From NCBI GenBank assembly GCA_964057225.1, contig OZ059897.1, forward strand, positions 16,988,001 to 17,052,000: a stretch of DNA of 64,000 nt, read 5' to 3'. The notes beneath the pieces were generated by a model. The model searched no databases. It was not told the DNA's origin and was given only the letters and a program-made list of their open reading frames with translations. This DNA is from Auanema rhodensis (Eukaryota > Animalia > Nematoda). Made by a program: the position numbers and the translations under genes. Positions 42,497-55,700 of this stretch are shown here, piece after piece (the stretch's first letter is position 1; every line of letters starts with the position of its first letter).

Positions 42497-45400
42497 ATGA
42501 ATATGAATGACGAAGTACCAAAACCGGAATTTATTCAGGTAAAATAGATGACCAAAAAACTCCTAAATGAGTTATAAATCGTTTTCTCTATCATTTCTAA
42601 CATATAAAATTATTAATTTACTCATTTTATTTAAAGAATATTTAATTTTATATAATTTACTACGATTACAGTAATAGTGAGATTATTAGGTATTTTATTT
42701 ATTATTATATATAATCTTATAGAGTGATACTGATCTTTTGAATATTAGACAAGCACAATTGACTGGAACTTTATTATATTCTGATCCAACACTTGGTTTA
42801 GCTAGAAATGCTACAGAGGTATGTTAAAAATAATTAAATTATATAAAGATTAATTTCATATATTTAAGTATAAGTATAAAAGAATTGTATAACAGTGTAA
42901 ATATATAATGTTTAGTTTAATAAAAACTTAAATTTATTCTAAAATCAATATATATTATAATATGTTTAATTTTTAGCATTCTCAACAACATTTGATTAGT
43001 GATAATTCCATAGATATTACACCACATGTATCTGAATATAACTTAGATTGTTCATCATCTGTTAATATTAATACGTAAGTAAGATAGTATGTTCTTATAA
43101 ATTAATGGAAATTAGAAACAAAGAAACCTCATTTCAAAGATTTATTCTCGATAAAGCTTCTCAATTTTTTTTTGTAGTGGTAAGAGCGCAATTGAAATTC
43201 GTCATCAGCATTATGAAAAGCAGAAACAATATGCCGCTCAAGCTCGTCAAAAACGATCCAGACAAATTACAGGAATTGATTTTGAAGGTATTAAATCAAA
43301 TTTATTGTTATGCTTTTTAAATTTTATACAGATAACTAACACTACAAGTTTAGGTATTTTAAACCTTATTGGAGGATGTAATCGATGGCAAGTTTTGGTT
43401 TATTTATTCATTTCAGCTCAACAAGTATGTGAATTGTTTTAAATTTTTAGTTTTTAAAATATTTTGCAGGTACCTCACGCAATGTTTAATTTGAGTGTAG
43501 TATATATGATGTATCAGCCAGATCATTGGTGTAAAGTATGAACCAAGTATAATATTTGTGGTATAAATTCATATATTCAGATTCCTTATTTTAATGAAGG
43601 ATCATTTCAAAATGAATCTTCTATGGAATACACATGGGATCAAATCCTTAACTCCAGCATAGCTTTTCCAATGGTAAAAATATATTTTCTTTATTCATAC
43701 AATCAGTTATGTACAAATGGAATGTGACAAACAACTAGTTTTAAAGATTTAAATTACTAATTATATTATTTTATTTATCATTATTATTAAAACACATAAG
43801 ATACAATAATTTTAGAAACCAAATAAACAACGTAAAAAAGATTGGCATTCACAGTGTGATTACTATGATCGGGATTATATACATCTTAAGGTTGTATCAA
43901 ATCATTTCATGTACATTTAATTCATTTTTGTTTCAGAGTCAACCTTGGGCTAATCTGTTGAATCTTTCAACTGATGTATCAACTCTACCATGTACTGAAT
44001 GGGAATACGACCAATCGGTTTCTGAATTTTTGGTTTCTTTTCTAATATTTCATTATACTTAGGTAATGAAGAAAACTGTTGTAACAGAGTGGAATCGAGT
44101 TTGTGATAATAACTGGAGTCGTGCCCATGTTCATCTCAGCTATTCTTTGGGATATCTGGTGGGATGTTATATGGGTGGTATGGTTAGTGACAGGTGTGCA
44201 ACATATTCGTAATAATAATATGCTGGTATCTTAATATATACATATATAGATACGGAAGAAAGACAGCCATATTCGGATTCAGTATATTATCTGCTATTTT
44301 TGGAATTTTACTTGTTTATTCGCCGGAATTTGAAATATTCTTGGTGATTAGATTCCTGCTTGCTGCCAGTAATGAAGCTGCTGATCTAGCTGCATATGTT
44401 CTCTGTATGGAAATCACAGGTTACTTTACAAATTTAGTTTTATAAGTTAGTTAAATTTTTAAGGAGTTAAATATCGTTCAATTGTTGGTTCACTATTGCA
44501 AGCACCGTGGGCTTGCGGTTATGCTTTTTTGGCTTTTATTGCTTTTTTAACAAAATCTTGGGATACCATACAGGCATGAACATCTAAAGATACTTAAACA
44601 AACTATATATATTTAAGCTGATCACAGTAATATTACATATTGGAAGTGTGATTCTGCTATATTTTGTTCCAGAATCCCCTAGGTAAACTTATAAACTTAT
44701 TAACTCATACATGTTTTCGCAGATGGCTTATAATGAAAGATCGAGTGAAAGATGCTGAACCCATAATTAGAAAAGCTTGTATCTTAAATAAGAGAGCATT
44801 ACCTAGTGATCTGGGACTAGTAAGAAAAGTTTACTTTTTTATTTGTTTGTTAACACTATTTACAGGTTCGTCATGCTGAAAAACAAAAGATTTTGAAAAA
44901 CGGTGAGCAACCAACGTTTTTCCATTTGTTTACAACGGCAGAACTACGTCTCAGACATATCGTTCTTCTTATTGTCTGGGTATTATCCATATTTAAATAT
45001 TCAATAATAGCAATATGTTTTAGATAGCAACAGCTTTGGTTTATTATGGCTTGGTTATAGCTCTATCTGACCAATCATCTCCTGGACGGTAATGACAAAT
45101 ATAATATTATTTTTGTATATTTATTTTATTATTTTCTCTCAGGTCTGTATTCGATGGAAATTTCTTTTTGAATAATGCTATTGCTGGAGCCATAGAGCTG
45201 CCAACATTAATATGTTGTGTGTTTCTATTAAACTATGGACGCAAAAAGTAAAACAAAATGAATTTAACAAGAACTGTTTTTCATTCAGATCTCAAATGAT
45301 CACCTTAATTGGAGCAGGTACTTTGTTATTAGCAGCAATGTGGGCTACCAATAACTACAGAACTACAGTAATCTCAAACGTTTACGCATTATGATTATAT

Positions 45401-45921
45401 TTTTTTCTAGATGGCATTAGTGTGTATGTTACTTGGAAAGGCATTTATTCAAGGGGCTTTTAATATTTTGTATATTTTCACTTCCGAACTAAGCCCTACG
45501 GTAGTACGTAATACCGCTGTCGGAATTTCTTCTATGGTGATAATGCTTTATTGTTTAAAATCTAATATTTGTATTATTTAGATGGCAAGAATGGGTGCTG
45601 GAGCATCAGGATACATTGCGATCCTTAGTGATGTTACTTTAGCAATGGTTCCTATGCTTATATTTTCGATTTTTTCTTTATGTGCTGGAATATTGGTGAT
45701 GTTCCTACCAGAAACACAATATCTACCTCTCCCTGATACTATATGGGTATACTAATTTTTATGAGATTTCACCTCAAAGAATATTTTCTTTTAAGGATGC
45801 TGTAATGATGCGAACAAGAGCAAAATCACCTTGTGGCCATACTTCAAACACTTACGAGACAGACTCGTTGCAAGAAGAAGAATCATATCAAAAAGCAGAC
45901 ACAGATGTTGAGCAGAATTAG
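42497..45921 (+). CDS. SLC22/MFS organic cation transporter (oct-2-like)
   Basis: [11 protein letters not shown]; [10 protein letters not shown]; VSDRYGRK; ESPRWL; [11 protein letters not shown]; LPET...LPDT motifs. The 5' exons are less certain. Confidence 0.9.
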
Positions 45922-46357
45922 TAATTAGATTTAAAAAACAACAATAATAATAATCTACTGTGTAACTTTCTGAACAGCATTTTTTCATTTACGTTTTCTA
46001 TGGAATGATACAAATTTTCGGGTATTTCTGCACGTGTAAGCAGATAGTTGTGGAGCAATAGTATCGTTGTATGATCACACTGTCTATATAAAAGATGACA
46101 ATAAATATTTCTTCATTAATGTTTAAATGTTAAACTTTACAAAATAATGATATTGTTTGTAAATTGATATAAATTGTAAGGAAAAGCTGCAGTTAGTAGT
46201 AAAATTTGAATAATTTACATATGCAAAACGAGTCTTACAACGAAAGAATTCTAATCCCGATTTTCAATTTAGCGTCGTTTAGAATGTGTCCTAATCCATA
46301 AAACATATTAAATACCTTTTTAAATTAACTATGTTATAATAAACGTTCTAGTTTTAG

Positions 46358-49300
46358 ATGACGGAGTCTAGTGATCTTAGTTCCTGTAAATTAATTTTAG
46401 ACCAAGTATTAAATAGATGTCTTAACATCGAAACAAAGTCTCTAAAAGCAAGCTGTATAGGTAAATGTTGCATTGTTCATTTTAATTAAAATAATTTTAT
46501 AGATAACTCCTCTGCTAAAGAACTTATTATATTAGATGAAAATCTTCTAAGAGAACTTCTACAGCATCTCAATACTATTTCTTGTTTCAAATTCCTACAT
46601 ACATTACCTGAGGATGATTTAATACGAGTTATATTAGTTCTTGATTTTAATGTGAAATCAGTATTGAGCTATAGTGAAGAGGATTTCGTATGCAAATTTG
46701 ATATAAATTCGGTGTGATTATTAATAAGGGTATTTGTATTACATAAATATGTTTCTAGGATGCCCCTGATAGTTCTCTTCCTCTATTTAGAGGGTTGGAT
46801 GCATCAGTTGCGGTTTTGAAAATAATGACTTGTAATAATATGCCTATTAAAGTAATATTTTCTCTCTTATTGATAACTCAAATGTCTTTCCAGATTTTCA
46901 TGGAGGATTTGGTACAACGTATAGTCAATCTAATAAAGACTACCAATTCAAAATTAGTCATGCCATTAGTTCAAGCTAGCAGGCAGTCTGAGAGAAAAAA
47001 AGGTGATTTTAATAAACTAGCTTTAATTATCACAATCTACAGGTGCTAAGAGATCCAGGTCAAATGATCTAACTGTACCTATTATTCTCCAGCAAGTTTT
47101 TTCAAGAATCCAAGATATAGTAGGATCGCTAACTGAAATGGTAGTACTTGTATAATGTTGTAATTAAGATGTATTCAATTTAGATTCGTCTAAACATGCT
47201 AAATGAGAGTATCATCAGCTGCCTGGCTCAAGTAGGGATAGACTATTTTTTTTCTTCAAGTGTTCACGAATTGCAAACTCAGGTTAGCCCTGTCCTTTTC
47301 AATTTTATTAGTTGTTTTGCAGTTAATTTTCTTATTGGGCAACATTTTTGTGAATATTGACGAAGGCTTGCAAGTTGAGCTCATGAGAACAATTATGAGC
47401 TACTTATGTAACCCATTAATATGTAAAAAAGTTTGGCAAGCATATGAAAGTCCATCGTCAATATGCATTGAAGTTGAATTGCTTATACAAATTGTTCAAG
47501 CACTTGCATCGGTACTTAGTAATATTTACTTTTATTAACATATTGCATCAGATATCAAAACCAATTTCAAATGAGAAATCAAGTCCAACTACTAAAGATT
47601 TGAACGATTTTGTAAGTAGTAGACTTCGTCATGCTCAAAGATTGTTATCTTATTTGTTTCGTTTCTTCCTAATTGGGTATAGTGTAATTTATATACAGTA
47701 TAATATTGAACTAATTTTAATTAGATCAGAAGATGATTACCGGAAGTCTATTTTCAACAATATTGTTCATGATTTTCTATTGTTGTTGGATAGACCAGAG
47801 TACCCAGTTTCAACATTTTTTTTAACAGTGTTAGGAAGACACTTGATGGAATTATATAAGTGATGCCTGTATTTTTACCTAAATTATATTATTTGTTTTA
47901 GGAACAAAGCACTTGATATAGCTATTAGGACATATTGTTTAGATCTCATAGGAACTATTGCACTCCATATGTCTAAAACTGTCGATATGTCTAAGAGATC
48001 TTCTAAAACTGCAATTGATGTTTTTTAAGTACAGTTTTTTGCATTAATATGATATGGTTTTAGGAAATCGAATCTAAAATAAAAAATAGTTTGAAAGGTT
48101 CAAAGGAGGTATTCATTGTTTAGATAAGATTATTTAGATGTGAACTAAATTCCTTCAGAAATTAAATAAGACCCAAAGATTACAACAATCTCTAATTGAT
48201 TATTTAGCATTTTCAAAGGATAGTTGTATGATTGAGGTAAATTTTATTAGGATAATACTTCTGTAACGTCTTTCAGTTTGCTATGAAATATTATGCATCT
48301 GCCTGGCAATACCAGATCAAGCATCAGTTGCCTGATGCAGAACGGGTAAAAAAAAATAGCAAAAGAAAAGTTTAATTTTGTCAAATATTACAATATATTT
48401 CAAATTTAGTCCGAGGAACTCCCATCTTCTTTGCGGTTTCTACTCGCTTTATCTAATCCGAAATACATAAGGAAGCGTGTAAAGTAAAGCTTATTTTTTA
48501 ATTTTTATTATTATCATTTTTTAACAGAGTTGAGCCATATTTATTGTCTGATGATGAAGCTTATATAGTTGCTCGATATGTCACTACAGTGGGGGACGCT
48601 TATCTTAATTGCGAACCATTTATAAACTATGTAATAGGTGTTTTTGTTGTTTAAGTTATTAAGATTTTGTAGATTTTTCATGCTATTACTGCGGAATTAA
48701 TTCCTCTCAGGACAAAGGCTTTGAAATGTCTTTCGCATCTTGTGCAAAACTGTTCTGGTATTTTGAAGAAAGTTTGTCATACTGTTTGTATTTATTATAA
48801 TAATATATATATGGATATATAGGATTTTGTTGCCAATGCAATTCAAGAACGCTTGATAATTGATAGCAATGCATTGGTTAGAGAAGCAACTATTGAAGTG
48901 GTTGGAATCGCTGTCCTGAAAGATTACGAATTTCTTGATGTATATGAAAGTCAACTCCTTAGTAGACTTCAAGTAAGATTTGAGCATACCAATAGAACTT
49001 TTATTTATTTTAGGATACTTCCCTACTTGTGAGAAAACGTGTGGCGCGAGTCTTAAAGGCTATATGCGAACAGTATCCAACCAGTTCAAAGGTTTTCTCC
49101 TTTCTATGTTTTTTAACTGGCTTCTTTTATAGATACCGCGGTTTTTGTATAATATGTTATGCCGAATTGATGATGAAAAAACTCTTCAAGTTATCGTTCT
49201 AGATACTTTCTTCGCAAGATATTTTTTACATGACCAGGAGGAAGCTTATTATGTGCGATCAGTTAGTTGTATAATAATATTAAATCTGTATTGTCATCCG

Positions 49301-52153
49301 TACATCAGGCTACTGAATTGATCGCTATTGCTCAATGCTGTACTGCAAATGAAAAAGTATGCACATTTGAAGCTCTTTTAGAGTTGATGTTATCGAATTA
49401 CGAAAATGCTATGAATGGTTTTTCATGTTTCCATACACTTTGAGAGATTATTGTTTAGCCATTCCGAACATATCTGAACGTCTCATTGAATGCTTGAAGC
49501 CGTATAGGAAGAATTCATCAAGCGATGATCCGAAAAGTTTTATTTTCAGTATTATATGTATTCTATGCCGTTTTGGAATGGTACCACTTTATTTTTAGCA
49601 ATTAGATATGTTAAATTTTAGGTGATGCCAGAAGTCTTGGAAAATCATGTGGACTATGTGATTTGGTTTTTGGAGTATGCAATTGAGAGTAATGTTCAAC
49701 CAGCGGTTTGTTCAAATGCTACTTGTATTAGATACCTACAATGTTTCCAGGTAGTTCAAGATATAGTTCGGAGTATGGAACGATTGATACCGTACATAAA
49801 TACAACTCAGAAGTCATTCTATGATAGGTGTGTAATGATTAATTATTGTATATTAATTGTTAGCAAATAGGATTCATTCTGCTTTTCAAGTGTTGCTATA
49901 TGCTAAATCAAAAGGACTAATTTCCTTCGTAACAGCTTGTTTAGCTGAACTTTATAGAAAACAACCAAGTCCAGATAACCCAGTACTTATCGAATTCCTG
50001 AACTCTTTAGGTCTGTTTTCAATTATTAATATAAATTTTTATCTTCGGTATTAGCCTTATTGAACAGAATCAAAAAGCAGTTTGAAGAGGAATCAAATGA
50101 TCCTCTTCCTGAATCAATTGAAATCATTTTAAGGTTTTTCTTCATAAAAAAGTACAAGTTTATTTCAGTTTCAAGTTTAGAGCGTTTTTCTCCGTTGGAG
50201 TGTATTCTAGATATTTCAATTTTGATATAATTTTTGCCAATGATTCAAAAGCTCAAGAATGCTTATGCTTGGTTAGTTTGAATTGGCTTAAATGTTTGTG
50301 AATGCTTGTTTAGGGTTACAATTTCTCTGCTAATTCTCAGGAGGATCAACCACTCCGGTATGTATTTGAATGTGTTGTACCTTATTAGTTATTAAGACGA
50401 TTCCGTGACAATACGTATGGGCTCTTACTGTTTTTTGCTTCTCGGGGACATCCTGATTTTGCTGTAAACGCTTTGTTCTCATTAGGTGCAGCTTAACTAT
50501 TCCTCAAGCCATTCAACTGCATTTTAGGGCATTTATGTGTCACATATGCTGAGTATGTGCAGAGTTCAGCAATTCATAAGTTGTATATTGCTATACTAAG
50601 TGCTGATAATCGGAAATTATTATCAATGAAAATCCAGGTAACGTTACTGTATATGAGTATCTGTTTAATTTTTACAGACTCTTGCTAATATCAAGTTGTT
50701 TTTGGTATCCGAGGAGCAGAAGATCAGAGAATCTAAGATAGGCATGTATTTATATATATTCATAGTAATTTAGTATTTTTACTTCAGAAAAGGATGATAA
50801 CAATGAAGATGACTTGAAACAAATGGATTTGCCTGAAAATGGTGTAGGCTCTGTATTTATTCAATTGTTTTTCAAGTTCATACTTGCCTGTTATTTTAAC
50901 GCTAATGGAACTTTAAGAAAAACATCATCAGAGGTAAGATTATCACAATATCTGAAATATTTTTATTTTTTTTAGATTGTTAAAATTGCAATATGTCATG
51001 GCTTTGTAAACCCAGCTGTCTGTGCATCTGAGCTCATAGCAATGTCGTTGGATTCTGATGAGTTTATCAGAAATGAGACCATTGCTTTGCTAAAAGAAGT
51101 AAATAAGAAATATCCTGATTGTTTAATCGTAAGTTATTCTGAGACAAATAGAAAAAGTTAAATAATGCTAGGGAAAATCAGCGATTGGATGTTTAAAAGC
51201 ATATGAACTGTCTTGTTTGAAAGCTGCCGATGAAAAACAAGTTATTAGGGGATTTAATGAAGTCTCAAAAGAGAATGAGATCATTTTAACGTCTTCAATG
51301 TCTGATTATTACCAGTTATTTACTTCCTCCAAAGCTCATAGACGTCAATTTGTTAACATAATGCTAAGGTACATCATTGACAAATAATCGTTATAGATTT
51401 CATTTTTAGCTTGTTTTCTGAGAGTAATGCTCATAAAATATCGACAGGACAGTTAGTTTTCTTAGCTGATAACTTAATCGCTTTGCCGTTTGAGGTAAAA
51501 AATATATTAAAATGTATTTTGATTATATGTCTTCCAGGTGCTTGATGAACCTCTTTATGTTATAAAGCATATTGACGGGATTGTTAGTCTATCAGGACAA
51601 AATTTTTTGATTTACTTGAAGGAGAACGTTTTTCCAAAAAATTTGAGTAAAGAGAAAGAGGATGATATTCTTTTCACGGAAGAGGTTTTATTAGGTTTAT
51701 ATATATATCCATTTTTCTTTTCTATTACACATAATTTTATTACAGAGAATTTCCCAAAAAGTGAAGATTTGATTCGTGGTTTAATGGACCATGGAAAAGT
51801 TTGTATCATTCTCATGTATATGAAGAACTATCTTATGGGTCTCTATCGTTTGAGTGACAAGTTTGCCTTATATAAATACTATTGCTATGTATTTTATTCA
51901 GAAGAGTCCAGGGCTATTCTGCATCAGAGCCGAAACTTTATTTGAAACCTGTCAATAAAAAAGAGGTTTCTTTAGAGGAGTATAATAATGCTGTTAGCAT
52001 TTTCCATTCAAATGTATCAGAGCACAACTGGAAGAAAATGCTAGCCTGTTGCATATGCAAGGTATATTTAATGCATTTCCTAAGTAAATAAATATATTTC
52101 AGTTTCGTTCCACACTCTTGGCTCTAGAGCCCGATGAAATTGGTGATTTATGA
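46358..52153 (+). CDS. Divergent, N-terminally truncated Scc2/NIPBL cohesin-loader paralogue (HEAT core only)
   Basis: Exons align in order with the neighbouring scc-2: LRTKALKCL/LRTKAMKCL, VREATIEVVG/VREATIELLG, VRKRVARVLKAICEQYP/VRKRVIRIMREICEKYP, VLDEPLYVIKHIDGIVSLSGQ/VLDEPLYTIRQIDGIIALSGQ, FRSTLLAL/FRKMLLAL. Intron positions and phases are shared in the exons checked. Confidence 0.88.
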
Positions 52154-52757
52154 TTTTATTTAGATAATTTTTACCTTATTTCTTGTACTATGAAATTTTT
52201 GAAATATAATTAGCTTGTATATGTTTCTGTGAATATGAGTTGAAATATACACTTATTATAGTTGGTTTGTTTTTTGATGAATTAAATTACTTTTATTAAC
52301 AATACATATAAGTCACAACTTTCAAAAATTGTTATTATGTAGTAAATGAAGTATGAAACTATTCAAAATAAGGAAAGAGATCTTACGAAAGAAAAATAAA
52401 GATCAGGATGAGTAAGATCGTGACTATTTACAAGACAATTGATGAAGATGTTCGTTATTTCATAGACATAAAAAGCAAGTGAACATATGTAGCCATAACT
52501 AAAAGATACTCTTTTGATAAAAAACAGGTTAAAAGCGGAATCGTGCTTTTTCTCAACTGATTTAGAGGCAAGTTAGTTTGAATAAATAAAAGAAAATGAC
52601 TAGAACTAATAAACATACAATACCATGAGAAGCACATGTAATCAAACCCATAATAAGAAAGGCTAAAAACACAACTTGAATGAAACGATACCTACATATT
52701 GAGATCTACGGCCACAGTTTTAGATAAATACCTCGTAAGTAAAGATTGACCATTCAA

Positions 52758-55700
52758 CTATTCTTCTTCCATTGGTTGGCTCTCACTAGCAGGTTCATCG
52801 TTTTCACTTTGACCACGATCAACATCTTCTTCATCGTCCTGTAATAGTAGAAATGTTTTAAATATAATATTTACTTTTTATCCTTACATCGCGCTCAGTA
52901 ACACCTGTTGTTACACCATCCTCATTTTCGTCGCCACCATCATCTTCTAAGCGATCCAGCGCTAGAAGCATTTTGCGGAACTTAAATAATAAGCATTTAT
53001 AGAAAAAAGGTTTCGCATATCTTACATTACAGATTTTGTGAGCAAGCTTATAATGTCCTGGTATTGTATTTCTTTCTTCGATTACTTCTGGTCGCATTTC
53101 TTCTAATGCAGAATGTGGATGAAACATAGGAATATTCCTTCGCGTGACTGCTTTTTCGTAAACCTTTGCAGCTTCAGATGGAGAGTACTCTTGAACTTTG
53201 CTGAAATTTTAATAGTTTAATTAAGTATTCATTAGTTAATCAACTTACACTTCAGTAAATCCATACAATTTCATCAAGAAATTTTTCAAATACAACAAAA
53301 TGAAACAAGCTTGACTGTTTACCATCAAATCAAACAATTCGCATTTGCTTTCAGGGAATCGTCCTAATTTTTTAATATTACTCTTTGGTTTTCAAAACGG
53401 CACAAACTGTATATATGATCGGGTTCAAATAATGAATCATCGTCTTCAGAACTCGAGAAGCCAGATATTAAGCGATCCTTGAATTGATTCAAAATAGATT
53501 GTCCTGACAGTGCTATGATGCCGTCAATTTGACGTATCGTATATAAAGGTTCATCAAGTACCTGAAAGAAAATATTTCCTCAAATAACAGGCTGAGCAAT
53601 ATACCTGGTAAGGAAACATAGCAATGTTATCAGCAACAAAAATCCACTCGGAAAGGGGTAACTTTTCTCGACTATCTTCGCTAAATAATCTTAAAGGAAA
53701 AAATACATATATGACAAATATTATTTATGTCCACCTGAGAACACTATTTAAAAATGATCTTCGATGAGACCTGTTCCCCCTCAAACTTTGGTACAATCCA
53801 CTAAGAATAGCTTGTCCATCATTTGAGAATCGAGGTAATCCGAACTGATCAAGGTTAGTGTGCGCTAATAAATGAGACAACAATAAATTCACATATTTTT
53901 AAATAATCTAACCATGCGCAGATAAAGAAGAAGAATCGCATATTCTTATTCCACGAATTATCGAAAACTTTTCTCTGTTAAATTGAGAATGCAACTTATA
54001 TGCAACTCTAATTCCGTTAATAGCTTTGCTCTGAAAAGAAAAACAATTTACGATGGAGAAAATTGGTTAACGTACTTGAACCATTCCCGCATATTTCGTG
54101 TCAATTTCTTTCAACAAATTCTCCACTTTATTTCGAATCGATACAATCGGATCCGTAGTCATAGCAACAAGAGTAGCAATCGAAGAACCAGGAGTAACTA
54201 GGCCTTGGGACAATGTGAGCCATGCAACCTAAAAATGGACTGTTTCGAACGAAGAGAAATTTCAGAAACATACCTGTACAGCAGACTGTCGAACTGCTTC
54301 ATTATTATTGAAATAGCAACTTAGTACATTCAGCCAATAAATTTGAATAACAGCAGAACTCATACCAGATCCAGCCAGTTCCATTTCTTTGAGATTCTGC
54401 TGATCTTTGGCTTTATCCCCTGTAGAAGTATATATAATTTAATAAGATGGGGAAACTTACATTCTTCGTTGCTCTTCATTAACTTTTTTTCCTCAGCTAA
54501 TAAAAACATTTCTAAGTTTTTCAAAGTCTGAATTTTCAACTGTAGATATTGAGGATCATTAGAAACTAATAATGTTTTATACATATGCTTTATCTCGCCT
54601 CGCCCAAGATATTGAGCATGGCGTGCACATAAATGTCCTAAACATCAAAGTAAATTTTCGAAAAATAAAAGGCAAAAAAACCTATTGATGAAATAGCTCT
54701 TAAACGAATTGATGACAAATGATTTCGAGAGAACGAGCTAAGAATGAAGAACACATTGTCTCGATACCGTCTATTTTCGGGCTTATCATCGGCAAGCTCA
54801 AGAGATTCTCCTGCTGCTGTTTGACATGGAGGCAAATTCACCTAAATCAAAATATATGTATATAAAATTAGAATATTAAAATAAAGTTACCACAACTAAA
54901 CTTCTTGCGGCTTCAGCATCATTCTCCAGCATAGTGTCAAAATCAAAATATCGGCATAACAGCCCAATAGCAAACAACGATCTGAACAAAATTTCGTGAT
55001 TCAACAAAAAACTTTAATGAAACCTCTGAAGAACTGGTAAAGCTGAAGGTGAAGGGGTAAATCTATCATTCTGCTGAAACGTCAACTGCATTGAATTCAA
55101 ATTTCTCAAAAAATAAAGAAATTTTTGAGCCATTGTTGTTTGCTTTCTAGGGAAATGATTGTATACTGCTGCTGCGCAAGCAACAACAGATACTACTATT
55201 GTAACTCCATTGGTCATCATCAAATTACTAAGAGATTCGTCAAGACTGGAAGGGAACATAAAATAACTAGCTTTTAGAATAAAAATTTACCCTTGAAGAA
55301 AAGCATCACTAGGGTGACTCATCAACGGAACAACACGTTCCAACATACAAATTACTTTATTTAAAACTGCTTGTTCACCATTAGAACGCACAGTCATCGA
55401 TAAATAAGGTTGTAGTGTTTCAGCATGTCGCACAAGAAGCTCAGGGCGAACCTCAAAAAAATAATGTTTTTGAATACTAATACTAAGAAACCTTGCTGAA
55501 CATGGAAAGAGTTGTTAAGGATGCTAATAGTCGTTCTTGATTCTCTTTCTGGTTTTGAAGTGATTCTTGATCTTCCGGATCCTCAGCATTTCTCGAACCA
55601 TCAGAAGCCATTTTCGTTTCCAAAGTCAGAATACTATCAACTAATGAATCCACAATTTGTTTGCTGGCTGCCAGCATGTTCTGTATTCAAAAATTGATAA

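Noticed and set aside
46358-52153. Second Scc2 gene as an assembly artefact or allelic haplotype copy
   Set aside because: The proteins differ at most positions outside conserved blocks and the introns are unalignable, far beyond allelic divergence.
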